From contig NC_043016.1 of the NCBI RefSeq assembly GCF_006345805.1, positions 3,596,001 to 3,660,000 of the forward strand: a stretch of DNA of 64,000 bases, written 5' to 3'. This DNA comes from Octopus sinensis. Taxonomy: Eukaryota. The number at the start of each line of letters is the position of its first letter. Position 1 is the stretch's first letter. Made by a program: the position numbers and the translations under genes. A model generated the notes under the pieces. The model saw only the letters and a list, made by a program, of their open reading frames with translations. It was not told the DNA's origin and searched no databases. Shown here in pieces: positions 1 through 12,364 of this stretch.

Positions 1-214
1 CGTATGCATGTTTAACACGTAAAGGTAGAGATGGGAGCGATGACCTCGCCTCGCACATAGTAATGGCACACAGAATGTGTGTCCTTAACCAATTGGAAAA
101 GATGTCTTCCTGGAGCTATATATGTCAGTATCACTGTCCCGTGTAGGACGCCATACTTGGTTGGCAGTTTTATATATATATATATATATATATTGCAAGT
201 TTAAAAAAAATCCA

Positions 215-960
215 TGATCAACACATTGAATAAGATAAATTCAAAGGAACTTAAAATAGTAAAGGATTTTAATAATGAGAATCGAACTGAATCTTACGAA
301 CTAAGCTCATAAAACAGCTCATACACCTAATTTTTAACAAGAAAATTTCACTAAGATTTATTCACCCTTCTAAATCAGATATCGGTAGAGTTTGTATAAA
401 AAACAAACCCTAGCTATCTATCTTTTCTCCTAACTTTGGACTGATTCTTTAAATGTAATTGTCTGGTTTATAAAGTTAAATGACTAAATGAACATGAAAT
501 TTCTACAAACTGATCTTAATTATTATTTATCTGAATGCAAAAGAAATTGCTATTATTCTAGAAGCTAGAAAAACTATTATACAGTAAAATGTGACAATAA
601 ATGATACACTCCTAAAGAGCTACCTGATAAATTTGATATTGCTATGGGGTCTAGAGACACCACAGATATCACGGATCTAATAGTAATATATTTATTATTC
701 AATATTAAGTTATAATTCCATTCAATTCTTGGAAGATTATATCTTGATGATGTGCTTTTCTTTTATAAAAACAATAAACTTGATACGGAAATAAACAAAA
801 ATTAAATCATAATTTTGTTTAAAAAAGTTAGCTTTCCATTGCTACAGGTTCTAACTATAAAACTGCTGAAATGTTAGATATTTCGGTCAATCTAAATAAT
901 GGTTTATATAAATCATATTATAAAATTAACGAAAATTTACAATACTAATAATCATAACAC
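215..960 (+). mobile_element. Degenerate Penelope-like element, RT remnant
   Basis: Broken frames give LRFIHPSKSDIGRV, KFDIAMGSRD, GRLYLDDVL and EMLDISVNLNNGLYKSY, in the order of the PLE RT motifs RLINPxKSEIG, FDVTMGS, GLYRDDGL and FLDVTLNL. Confidence 0.7.
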
Positions 961-1055
961 TCCAACGATAACACTGAATATGATTGTAAGTACCATACAC
1001 TAAATAATATCAATATCATTGATAATAACATTGATAACAATAATGATAATAATTA

Positions 1056-1345
1056 AGAAGAGAAAGTAAACAACTATGATGATTTGAAGTGGGAAAAATG
1101 AAGGTTGTGGTCAATGAAGAAAGTAGACGTGATACGAATAGTAATTGGTGCACTTGGAAGTATCAACAGTCAACTACCAACATGGCTGAAAAAGATTGGT
1201 GCAGGTGTGAAGGTAGAACACCTATAAAAATCAGCATTGCTTGGAACTGCAAGAATTCTTTGCATGGTTCTTGAAGCATGACCAGTAAACAAGTGTCCCC
1301 TTTCCATCAAACCCAGCAAAATAAGCTGTGAGTGTTCATCATTTA
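1056..1345 (+). mobile_element. R4/Dong-clade non-LTR element, 3' fragment (RLE C-terminus and 3' UTR)
   Basis: EEKVNNYDDLKWE..LWSMKKVDVIRIVIGALG...SALLGTARIL; TAA-like tract 5', (AAT)/(AAC)n tract 3'. Confidence 0.8.
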
Positions 1346-1381
1346 ATAATAATATTAACAACAACAACAACAACAACAACA

Positions 1382-3312
1382 TATATACTTAGATACTTGG
1401 AAAGAAGTAGAAAGGGTGTCGGAAAAGGGGCCGGGGAAAGAAGGATCAGCTCTTAATCGATAGTCTACATATCAGATACTGCAAGAGAAGACACACAAAC
1501 CTGAGCATGGCATGGGTTAACTATCGAAAAGCGTACGATGATACCGCACTCCCGAATGATAAGAACAATGGAAATAAATGGAGTAGCAGAAAAATTAGAA
1601 GACTTATAAGAAACTGTATGAAATGCTGGAGAAAGGAATTGACAGCAGGTAATCAAGTATTAGGAGAGGTGAAAATCAGGAGGGCAATATTCCAGAGGGC
1701 AGTGCGTCCCTACTGATCTTTGTGCTGAGAGTGATCCCCTTAAGTGAAATACTACAGAAAACAAAGTCGGGGTATGACCTGGGAAGAGGTAAGGGAAAAC
1801 CGAACCATTTGCTATTTATGGACGACTTGAAGTTGTTCACAAAAAGGGAGGCAGAACCAGTCAGCCTAGTCCAGTCTGTGCAAATTTCCTCTGGTGGTGC
1901 TAAGATAGAGTTTGGGCTCCCAAAGTATGCTACGATGGTGAAGCAGCTTGTCTGGACAGGGGGCATAGGTTTGCCGAGTTGTGAGATGATGAAGACAGTT
2001 TAACCCCGATCCAGCTGTAAATAATTGGAGATACTTGAGGCAGATGGAATTAAACACAATGACATGAAGGAAAATACGAAAAGGGAGTACTTGCGGTGAG
2101 TGAGAAAAATACTGGCTTCAAAGCTGAATACCAGAAACATAATTTCAGCAATAAACTCGCGTGCAGTCAGAGTAGTTCGGTATGGCGCTGGAATTTTGAA
2201 GTGGACAGAGGAGGAGCTAAAGGAGATGGACAGGAAATCAAGAAAGCTCCTAACGATGCATTGCAGCCCATCATCCACGTGCAAACACTGATCGCCTAAA
2301 CATGAAGAGAGCAGATGGAGGAAGGGGACTGATAAGTGGGGAAGACTGTATATATATATCGAACTCGAGAGCTTAATGAGATATCTAGCCCAAAGTAAGG
2401 ACACCTTGATGGTAACAGCTAGGAACGAGGGAGTTTTGAAAGCGGAGTAAAAAGGAAAATTTAAGAATTACAAAAAGGACATGAAGAAGGATTACGCAAG
2501 GAGGGACTACACAATCAATTCCATGTAGCCACAAGATAACTTCCTCAAACAAATAGGTGGGATTGGCTTATGAAAGAAGCCAAAAAAAAAGAGACCGAGA
2601 GCACTATATTCGCAGCGCAAGACCAAGCTTTGGCCACGAACTGGAAGGTCAACCTTTGGAATGAGCAAGTGTCTCCGCTGTGCCGCACCTGCAACAAAGT
2701 GGATGAAACCATTGCCCATATCACAAACGAATGCCCTAGACATGCCCGAAACCTCTACAAGTTGTGGAGACACGATCAATTAGTGAAAGTGCTATTATGG
2801 AAACTGTACGAAAAGGATGGGGTGCTAGAGAGATGCAAGACGTGGTATGAGCATAAACCACTGAGAGTGGTGGAGTCGGAGACTAGTGAAAGCCTCTGGG
2901 ATTTCCTAATCCAAACAGATCAGATGCTAGAGCATAACAGGTCGTACCTAGTTGTAGTCGACAAGATGCACTCATGTGCTATATAGTTGATGTTGCATGC
3001 CCCTTCGACCCACGAATAGTCAAGAAGGAAGGCGAAAAGATAGATAAATACAACCATCTTAAGTACGAAATAGCCTGGCTATGGAAAATGAAGAAGGTAA
3101 AGATAGAGCCAATTATTGTTGGGTCCTTGGGAACAGTATCAGAAGGCATCAAGAGGAATATCAACTAAATCGCAGTGCCCAGTAGGACTGTAAAAAGAGG
3201 CTTGCAGGAAAGTATTGGATAGCTGAAAAAAATAACGGATAGCATGGTACCGTAGGAAGCCCGCTACGCCTGTAAGACCCTTGTGGTCCCCACAACTTGT
3301 GATAAAAAGACA
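1382..3312 (+). mobile_element. R4/Dong-clade non-LTR element, 5'-truncated; frameshifted RT, CCHC and restriction-like endonuclease
   Basis: [59 protein letters not shown] and IVDVACPFD..EKIDKY across ORFs 1507-1716, 1722-2003, 2100-2291, 2570-2986 and 2974-3168. Confidence 0.92.
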
Positions 3313-3338
3313 TAATGATGATGATGATGATGATGATG

Positions 3339-3398
<60 letters not shown>

Positions 3399-3415
3399 CG
3401 ATGATGATTATGATA
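3313..3415. repeat. (GAT)n microsatellite at the R4 3' end
   Basis: Direct read. Confidence 0.97.
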
Positions 3416-4715
3416 ACAACACCTGGGACGTTTAACATGTGAGAGCGATAAAACACTGCACCGAAACCTGTCCAAAAACATCGGGAATAAAGGCAACAAA
3501 TGGAGCGAAAATAACTCACAAAGTGTTGCACTATATCCGAGTAAATAATACACATTAAGATATATTTCTATTCTCCATATGAAATTATGTATTTTAACTG
3601 TGTATCATCTCTATCACTCACACAAATCAACATCAGCGCATTTCAGTCCCCAAATACCATGCACAAAAAAAGAATGAAAAATAAATTAAATGATACCCGT
3701 ATTAATCAACCCAAGGATAACAAACGAGATATATGTACTTTAAACTTGTTGCACAAGAAGTACGAAAAACTACACGTGCAAAATCATTTAACAGCAGAAA
3801 TGAACCGACCCGTACCCAACGAAAATGATGATCATCAAAGTAAAATGCCGGACGGTATTCCTCATTACCCGGAAATAAAATAAAAAAAGCCTAAATGGAC
3901 GTGTGAGGAATATATTTCAATCCTACTTATCTTACAGCAATGATCTATCCAAAGAACGAAAACACCACAAGATATACATATAAAATCTGGAAGTAAAATA
4001 ACCTAGATAAAGACTTGGATACAGCAATGAACCCTAATAAACTAGCTAACACACGAAGATATATTCTTAAAACAAAAATATCAGAAGCAGAAATAGAATA
4101 CTTAAAAGGGAAAATACATCAGCAAAATGTAGATATTAACCACACAGCAATGCCAAATAATATCATAAGCACTAGGACAGTAAAAGACGAAGACAGGCGT
4201 AACATTTCCTACTAAGACGAAGTAAACAACAATAGTCACAGAAGAGGATAATGCAACCATACTCTGGGATATGCCAATACACACAAATAGAGAAATTAAG
4301 GCCAATAGGCCGAATATAGTTGTTAGATATCACCAAGAAAAATTGCTTTCTAGTTGATATATCAATACCAACAGAAAACAACAGTTCTCTAAAAGAAACG
4401 GAGAAACTTTCAAAATAAAAAGATCTGGAAACAGAGGTAATCGAATGTGAAGCCTACAAACAGAAACAATTCCTATCATTGTAGGCGCATTAGGTATGAT
4501 AAAAAATATTCAGACAAATACATAACAAAAACACCAAGATTAATAAGTATATATAACATAGAGAAAATTGCACTACTGGGCACTGCACACAACCTATGTA
4601 AAACACTTTAAATTCCATAAAAATAAGAGCATCACAACAAACCACAGCACATACCCAGAGCACACAAAGCTGCGATCGGTAGTGCAGTGAAAGAACATGA
4701 TAAAAATAAGACTAA
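3416..4715 (+). mobile_element. Internally deleted R4/Dong element (N-terminal domain joined to RLE end, no RT)
   Basis: KWTCEEY..TYKIW..NPNKLANTRRYILK (about 3890-4120), then NREIKANRPNIVV..IPIIVGALGMIKK (about 4280-4510) with no RT motifs between. Confidence 0.7.
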
Positions 4716-4717
4716 TG

Positions 4718-4812
4718 AATAACAACAACAACAACAACAACTACAACAGTAGCAACAACAATAACAACAACATCAACAACAACAAAAACAACAACAACAA
4801 TAATAATAATTT
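4718..4812. repeat. (AAC)n(AAT)n microsatellite
   Basis: Direct read. Confidence 0.95.
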
Positions 4813-4829
4813 TAAAGGATTGACGTAAC

Positions 4830-6900
4830 TCTTCACAAGGGTAAACAGACAAGAGGAAGAGCTCGATGTGCATGCAAAAGATATTTTATTGGTTGACCAA
4901 TTTCGACACTCCATGTGTCTTTTACAAGTTCAAAATATTAAAGGAAATTAAATTCAAAGATAGGAAACGCTGAAACATTCAAAATTAAACCGAAATAACT
5001 GCGTTTCTTTCCAAGTAAAACGACGTCATCAGAAGGAAACAAAAGGAAAGAAAGAAAGAAGAAAGCAAAAAACAAAAAGAAAGAAAAGAATTGAAGAAAA
5101 AATAATATTCCGTCAAAGAGTTTAGTATCAATATGGTGGAATTCACCTGCCATTTTATTAATCCCTCCAGAAATATCAACAGATCACAAACATATCTATT
5201 CTCGTGGGTTTTGAGGACTGAAAGTGCAATGGAGTGAGGGTATTTTTTGAGAATGTGCACCTTCAGGCTCTCCTCAAATCTACACCCGTTTGATGTGAAA
5301 TGTTTCGTAAGTTCCGTTGAACCACTGTTATTGTGCCTGATGTCGTACCTGTGTTCGTTAAATCTTTTTTGCAATCGTTCAGTTGTGCAACCAACACAAA
5401 TCATTTTGCGTTTGGTGCATTCCGCTACATACACCAGATGGGAATCTTTACAGGTCCCTCCTTCTGTGTAAACCAACATTTCTGTTATAATTCTTGATGG
5501 AATTGGTCTGACTTATGTTACTGCACAACGAACAGGGCTTACCTCTCATATGGATGTTTTGGGGGGTGCAACGTTCAGAATCTCCAATGGAGATTTTATC
5601 ACAGTTACTGGTCAATATTTCTCTAATATTTCTATTACGTCTAAAGGTTACAATAGGTTGAAGAGGAAATATTTGTCGGAAATGAGGATATTTTTGTGAA
5701 ATATGTTGGTAAATGTCATGCAACCCCTTTGAAACGCCAGCGAAACTTGGGTGCCAGTTAATCAGCCATAAGCTTTTTTCTGACTGCTAGAATTAGGAGT
5801 GAAAGTTTGATTATCACGACTAATTACAGCTATGTCATTTGCGATTCTCTTTAATCTTGATTCACTACAACCGCACTTTACATAATGGTGCACAAAAGTA
5901 TCTGCATGTTTCCAATAATCCTCAAAATCTGTACAAATACGTCTTATCTTTAAAAACTGAGATTTCGAATTTGATCTGATTGTATGATGTGGATGATCAG
6001 AGCGGTGGAGATAAATATGGGATGACATAGATTTGCAAAATAAAGCTTTTCGAAAACTTGACTTTTGTGTCCAAAAATTCGACGCTAGTTTTTAAAAAGC
6101 TCGTCGTGAATTATATTTTGGACTCAAAGCCATAGTCTTCCGCGAAGTAGTCACAGAAATGTGTTCCTTCCCAGACAACAAAAGACGACGCCGATGAACC
6201 GTAACCAGAGAATAGGTTCATGACCATGCCGGGATTTTAATGTCTCCATTAACTGCCTTTCAAATTTTGTCATGAAGACATTTGTGAAATTAACTGCCAT
6301 GGAGTACCCATTGCACCTCCCTTCGTCAGATGGAAAAAGTATTTTCCAGACTTCATTGTGTTACTTTGTAACACAAATTTTAATAATTTACAGAGAAACT
6401 TTAAGGGAATACTTTTCTTTGACCGTCTTTAAAAGACTTCCATGCATGCTTCGAAGCCCTCATTATGATCGATGTTGGGGTTTAAGGAAGAAACATCCAT
6501 GGTTACCAAAATACAGCCTTTTACACTACTTCGGTGTTTAAAGATTTGTTCAATTTGGAAACAAAATCAGAAGTATCCCGAATGTTGGAACTTGATCTTT
6601 TAGCAGAAAGCCATCCAACCATTTCGAAATTTTAGGAGTGCAACATTCATACCCACTGCAAATTAAGGGCGCAATGGAAGAAATATTTCGAAATTTTTAT
6701 GTGTTTTTGGAAGACCGTAACATTTTTTTTCAGCTTAGATTCAAAGATCGCATCTCCGAACAGTTTGATGTCATGCACCTCGACATCTTGCATATCCTGG
6801 GACTTCAGCACTGCGTTCGAGGCTATCAAAGATCTCTTCGTAATCAACAAAAGTGATATATAGATGAAGCTTTTATTCATTCGCTCGTTATATGAGTGAA
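4830..6900 (-). mobile_element. Penelope-like element: RT, thumb and GIY-YIG endonuclease (pseudogenised)
   Basis: ISKWLDGF..IRDTSDF, KGGAMGTP, NVFMTKFE..LWLRFI, SVEFLDTKV, YLHRSDHPHHTIRS..SQFLKIRRIC and VYVAEC..VGCTTERLQKRFNEHRYDI. Confidence 0.9.
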
Positions 6901-7439
6901 TATGTGATCCATCATACTGTAGTTCCTACGGACACCAGCTTGTTCTCTTGGCTGTTGGTCGTTGGCCTCTTCTGATAGTGTTGTACTACGACCATTGTAA
7001 GCGGCTTATAGAGGTAAGACATGAGACATATGAGGCGATAAGAAGGGTGATAATGAAAATTTAAAAACTATCGCTTCATATTTATGTATGTACGTGTGTG
7101 TGTTTGTGTATATTTATATATGTATAGGATGATGATGTATATATATAAATATGTATTTACATTTATATACACGCACACGCACACGCACACACGCACACAT
7201 AAACGTATATGCGTGCATGTATGTAACATATATGTGTGTCTAGATGTACGATTTTATTTGTCAAATTATCTCTAAAATGGTTATTTGGGTTATTTCTGTG
7301 ACAAATTGCAGTAGATTTTTATTATAATCAAATACTACATAAATATATAAAAGGTTGATTACAGTTGGTAGTTTCATACATTCAAAACTGACCCCCGTGA
7401 AAAACAGATAGAGTTAAGAATGAAGCGGTAAGGAGAGTA

Positions 7440-7570
7440 ATTATCTTTTGTACCATAGGCAGAAAGCCTGAAATTTTGTGGAGTGTAGATGGATGGCTAA
7501 TCGATTTTATCGATAACAGTACTTGACTGGTACTTATGTTATCAGCCTCAAAATGATGAAAAGTAAAATA
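7440..7570 (-). mobile_element. Degraded tRNA-derived SINE (same family as 11969)
   Basis: Reverse complement resembles the ...catcctttcggggtcgataaaataagtaccagt domain. Confidence 0.55.
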
Positions 7571-8329
7571 AACCTGTGAGTGCGTGTGGCCGCATGTGTG
7601 TGCATATGGATGTGTGTATATGTGTGCGAGGTTATGATATGAGAGAGAAAGAGTGTGAGAGAGAGAGAGAGAGAGAGAGTGAGAGAGAGGGAGGGACATA
7701 TGAATAAATAGATAGAAAGATAAAGTGATAAAGTGATAAATCTATCCTTAAATCCTTAAAAATGTTTTAGCCCGAAGGCCGCGGCCATGCTGGGGCACCA
7801 CCGCTTGATAATAAACACGAAATTCTGTCTCCCCGTTCGTTTCGAACTCTTGTATCTCAATCTATATTTGCTCTACATGGATATATTATACCTTTTGGGA
7901 ATCAGTATAATCCCAGGATTGAAAATCTGCTCTTCATTTCTTTCTAGAACATCCAACATTGGGATTGGGTCTGGATGAGGATTTGTTATACGCTAATAAT
8001 TGAAAATTCAAATTATAAAACGAACTTTAAAATTTTCTGAATTTATAAGTTTTTCATTTAAGCTGAATCTGAAGTAATAACAAAACCTTGCGAATTAAAA
8101 AAATATTTTCAATTCAATTCATTTAAACTAGATCCATGTTAGAAAAGCTTTGTTCGTGAGGTTTCGAAGTTCCGCGGAGTTAGTGTAAAATGAAGCGCTC
8201 GGAAGGAAATATTGAAGTCGAACTTTGGGCACGAATCAGATTTTGGCCCAAATCTGACTTTCGACCCAAATCGGATTTCCAAATCGGATTTCGGTTAGAT
8301 CGGACTTTAGAAGTGTTGATTACCAAGGT

Positions 8330-9031
8330 CTACCAAAACATTGGACATAATTTTCAAAGAGACATATTTACACCAAAGAATGAAACTATCCAAGTTGTCG
8401 AGTGGAAACTTATGCAATCAATATTGAGGAAAAAAATTATTTATCATTAGATACGATTGTGGATCCTGATGAGACTGTGGAATATCCTGCTGAGTTTCTC
8501 AACTCCTTTTATCCTCCTGGAATGCCTTCTCACAAACTGACATTGAAGAAAACAGTTCCAATCATGCTTTTGAGAAATCTGGATCCTCCAAAGATGTGCA
8601 ATGGAATTAAACTAATTGTCAGGCAAATCCGTTCTCATATTGTGCAAGCAACAATCCTGAAAGACAAGGAAAAGGAGAAAATATGTTTATTCCAAAAATT
8701 CCACTGATTCCAGCAGATATGTCCTTTGAATTCAAGAGACTTCAATTTCCAGCAAGAGTTAGTTTTGCAATGTCAATTAACAAGAGTCAAGGATAATCTC
8801 TGAAAACTGTTGGACTTCATCTCATGCTTCAATGCTTTTCTCATGATCAGCTCTACGTTGATTATTCCATAGTTTGAAATTGCAACAATTTCTTCATACC
8901 AAATGGTAAAACCAAGAACGTTGTTTATCCTGCTACTTTACAGTAATCTCCAAATGTCACAGTGATACAATATTTTCCAAATGTGATAGTTTGTGATATA
9001 CATCTACTCTTTGGTCTACACGCTGTGCTAG
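8330..9031 (+). mobile_element. Helitron 3' fragment (PIF1-like helicase C-terminus)
   Basis: EFLNSFYPPGMPSHKLTLKKTVPIMLLRNLDPPKMCNG..RLQFP..FAMSINKSQG*SL..CFSHDQLYV..TKNVVY; ends CTAG/T at 9028-9032. Confidence 0.88.
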
Positions 9032-9139
9032 TGAATTATACATTTGTATACTTATATGTACCTATGTATGAATTTTAGTATGTAGGTGTGTATATATGAA
9101 TGTGTACATACATATACACATCTACAAATATATGCATAT

Positions 9140-9430
9140 ATAAATACATAGTAGAAATTTACAGAAAATCAAAAGATGAAGACAGGTGAATGAACAACAA
9201 GCAGGTGCATTAGCTTGACGCTCGGGAAAGTCAGAAAGTCTTTTACGTTTCGAGCCTACGCTCTTTAACAGAAAGGAATATGAGGAAAAACAGAGGGAGA
9301 ATAAAAAAAACTTATGGATTTAGCGATCAATAATGGCAACTGGTTGGGAAAAAATAGTTTCACAGAAGAGCTTAGAAGAAGGGGAAATTATAAAGTACTG
9401 GTGATCCCAAAAGAAGGTGTGCGTGCGGAT
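9140..9430. repeat. Dispersed non-coding repeat with a hammerhead-like motif; related partial copy at about 15856-15925
   Basis: Shared aggtg..acaa..ca..tg.attag..t.acgc.c.g between the two loci. Confidence 0.5.
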
Positions 9431-9459
9431 ATATGAGAGTAATTGTGTGTGTATGGATA

Positions 9460-9466
9460 CATAGAT

Positions 9467-9507
<41 letters not shown>

Positions 9508-9655
9508 CATATATATACATATATATATTTATACATACATATATATATAGAGAGAGAGATAGATTGATAGATAGATATATAGGTACATACATACATACCT
9601 ACATACATACATACAATCAGACATACATACATACATACATACATACATACATACA

Positions 9656-9689
<34 letters not shown>

Positions 9690-9700
9690 CACATATATGC
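9460..9700. repeat. Compound (CA)/(TA)/(GA)/(TACA) microsatellite
   Basis: Direct read. Confidence 0.95.
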
Positions 9701-9975
9701 GCATGTACACTTAATGTTTTCCTCCTTTCATGTCCTCTGGGCATTTCTACAGCACATGTGCGTAAGTTTCATGTCACTTCCGCTCGTAATTTGAATGTAA
9801 TCCGAAGCATATATATAATTTAGCTACCCAAATTTTCCTTTGCGAAAACTAAATACTTCGAAGTAGGTTAATCAATATGGATTATTGTTTTCATTTATCA
9901 ACGACACCGTTAAATCTTTATTTTATGTCAGTTTACTTAACATATTAGATTATTGGTTTCAGAAATGTAAAACTA

Positions 9976-11260
9976 TCAGGTCATCCCATAAGTTCTGTCC
10001 GATTTTACCTTTTTTTTAAAAAATTAAATGGAATTTAATAGTATTTATAGAATATCTAATGGAATTAAAAATTATTTTTGGGCATTTATGTACATTTAAA
10101 CTAATTAGATATCATTTTGCAGAATGATAGGATTAAAATTTCTTTGATTAAAGCCCTTTCTAACATGTAAGTATCTAAAGAGCATTTGAGGCACATAATG
10201 CTTTATGAGTACAAAAAAGGAAACTCTGCAACCGATTCGACGTGAAACTCAGTTTATGGGAAAGAATGCTTGAATGAAAGAATTTGTAGAAGATGGTTTG
10301 CAAAATTTAGAAGTGGATATTTCAGCCTTGAAGATTAAGATCGAACAGGATATCCAGTTGAGTTTGATGATAACCTCCTTGAGGCATTACTTGAAGAAAA
10401 TCCTGCATTATAAGTTGAAGCGTTAGCAATAAAGCTTAGTTCAAACCATACAACTGTTCATCGTCATCTTCAACAACATGGAAAGCTTCCTGAACTTGGA
10501 AAATGGGTGCCTCATGAATTGTCCGAAAGCAACCGCAAATCCCGAGTTGACATCTGCTCTTCTCTCCATTCTCGCCAACTCATTTCACCCGTTTTGGATA
10601 GACTTGTAACTGGTGACGAAAAATGGATCTTCTATCGAAATGTTAAACGTCGTAAACAGTGGCTTGGTAAAAGGGAAAAAGCGCAACCACAACCAAGAAG
10701 GAAACTTCATGGGGAAAAGGCTCTCTTCATCTGGTGGGATTGCAAAGGAGAAATTCACTTTGAATTGTTACCACCTAATACAACAATCAATGCTCAAGTC
10801 TACTGTCAGCAATTAGAGCGTTTGAACCAAGCTTTAAAGGGGAAAAGACCCGCTTTGGGGGAATCGAAAAGGATTGATGCTTCATCAGGACAATGCGCGA
10901 CCCCACACTGCAAATATCACATCACAGAAGATGGAAGAGCTTGGTTGGGAAAAAATTCCTCATTCACCTTATTCTCCCGATCTTGCTCCTTCAGAGTACC
11001 ATTTGTTTCGTAGTTTACAGAATCATTTGGGGGATATAACTTTCGCAAGCCAGGAGGAGGTCAAAACTGACATTTCAGAGTTCTTCGCTTTGAAACCAAA
11101 AGAGTTTTACATTGATTGGATTAAAAAGGTTGTAAATAAATGGAAGGAAATCATAGATAATCAGGGAAAGTACATTGATGATTAAATTTCCATTAAATAT
11201 AACATTTAATCACTTGTTTTCTTTATTCAAAATTCGGACAGAACTTATGGGATGACCTGA
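9976..11260 (+). mobile_element. Full-length mariner (DD34D) element, 1285 bp, inactivated transposase at 10165-11185
   Basis: 31-bp TIR TCAGGTCATCCCATAAGTTCTGTCCGATTTT with 1 mismatch; TA left, TG right; WVPHEL, TGDEKW, HQDNARPH and HSPYSPDLAPSEYHLF; stops and frameshifts. Confidence 0.95.
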
Positions 11261-11454
11261 TGTTTACACCTTTGAAAGAGCTGCTGATCACAAGACAGGG
11301 ATTTTTTAATATATGCTTATGCACAAGCGCATATATACAAACACAGATGGATATAATTCGTACATACATATATGCATTCAAACATACATACAAACACAGA
11401 TGCATATACATTCATACAGAAAAGTATGCACACATACAAATACGCACATATAAT

Positions 11455-11640
11455 CATATTGTTGGAACTACAGGCTGGTACATAACTACAGGTTATGTAC
11501 CAAGACGCCTGGACCATAATATAACTGAATTAGGATTTGTGCCGAAAGAATGTAGCTCCTTAATTCATAAGCTACAAATGGCTGCGATATGTGGAATCTT
11601 CAAAATTTATTAAATGTTCTTACGATTCAAACAATAAACA
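11455..11640 (+). mobile_element. RLE-type non-LTR 3' fragment (R4-like)
   Basis: GYVPRRLDHNITELGF..LIHKLQMAAICG resembles the R4 C-terminus. Confidence 0.5.
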
Positions 11641-11968
11641 CTTACAAAGGAGACGATAACAATTTCATCTTGTTTACAAACTTGACACTAGGAAACTAAA
11701 AATTAAGAGAAATGCCTTAAGTTTGCATGTTCATACATGAATACATATGTATTTATGTATGTACATACAAACTTAAAGCATTTTAGAAATAAGCAGCAAC
11801 AGTTTACAAAAACGTGGCGTACCTATCGGTATAGTCGCAGATGAACAGGCGGATGGAAAGAAGGTGTTTTCGTATGTGCCGAACAACCTTTGGCATACAA
11901 CGATGTGTTCTGCTTGAGTAAATAAACACTGCAGGAAACTTGCAGCTTGATCATAGAAATGTATTTAA

Positions 11969-12340
11969 GGCGGCGAGCTGGCAGAAACGTTAGAGCGCCG
12001 GGCGAAATGCTTAGCGGTATTTCGTCTGTCTTTTACGTTCTGAGTTCAAATTCCGCCGAGGATTTTCATCCTTTCGGGGTCGATTAAATAAGACTTAATT
12101 CGTCTGTCTGTCCTTGTTTGTCTTCTCTGCGTTTAGCCCCCTGTGGGTAGTAAAGAAATAGGTATTTCGTCGGTCTTTCATGTTCTGAGTTCAAATTCCG
12201 CCGAGGTCGATTTTGCTTTTCATCCTTTCGGGGTCGTTAAATGAAGTACCAGTTACGCACTGGGTCGATGTAACCGACTTAATCCCTCTGTTTTCCACCT
12301 TTATGTTAAACCCCTTGTGGGCAATAAAGAAATAAGAAAT
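11969..12340 (+). mobile_element. tRNA-derived SINE: full unit (11969-12160) plus tandem 5'-truncated unit (12161-12340)
   Basis: A-box-like TGGCAGAAACG, B-box GAGTTCAAATTCC, central gccttt/catcctttcggggtcg domain, 3' end agtaaagaaata. Confidence 0.85.
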
Positions 12341-12364
12341 GTATTTATCTATATCCCATATTCA

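Noticed and set aside
3139-3555. Poly-His/poly-Ile ORFs (also 40731-41049, 56876-57165, 61809-62117, 63401-63737)
   Set aside because: Trinucleotide tracts are stop-free in some frames by construction.
8402-8707. Host PIF1 helicase gene
   Set aside because: Intronless, with frameshift and stops, and ends at a CTAG/T terminus; it is a Helitron fragment.
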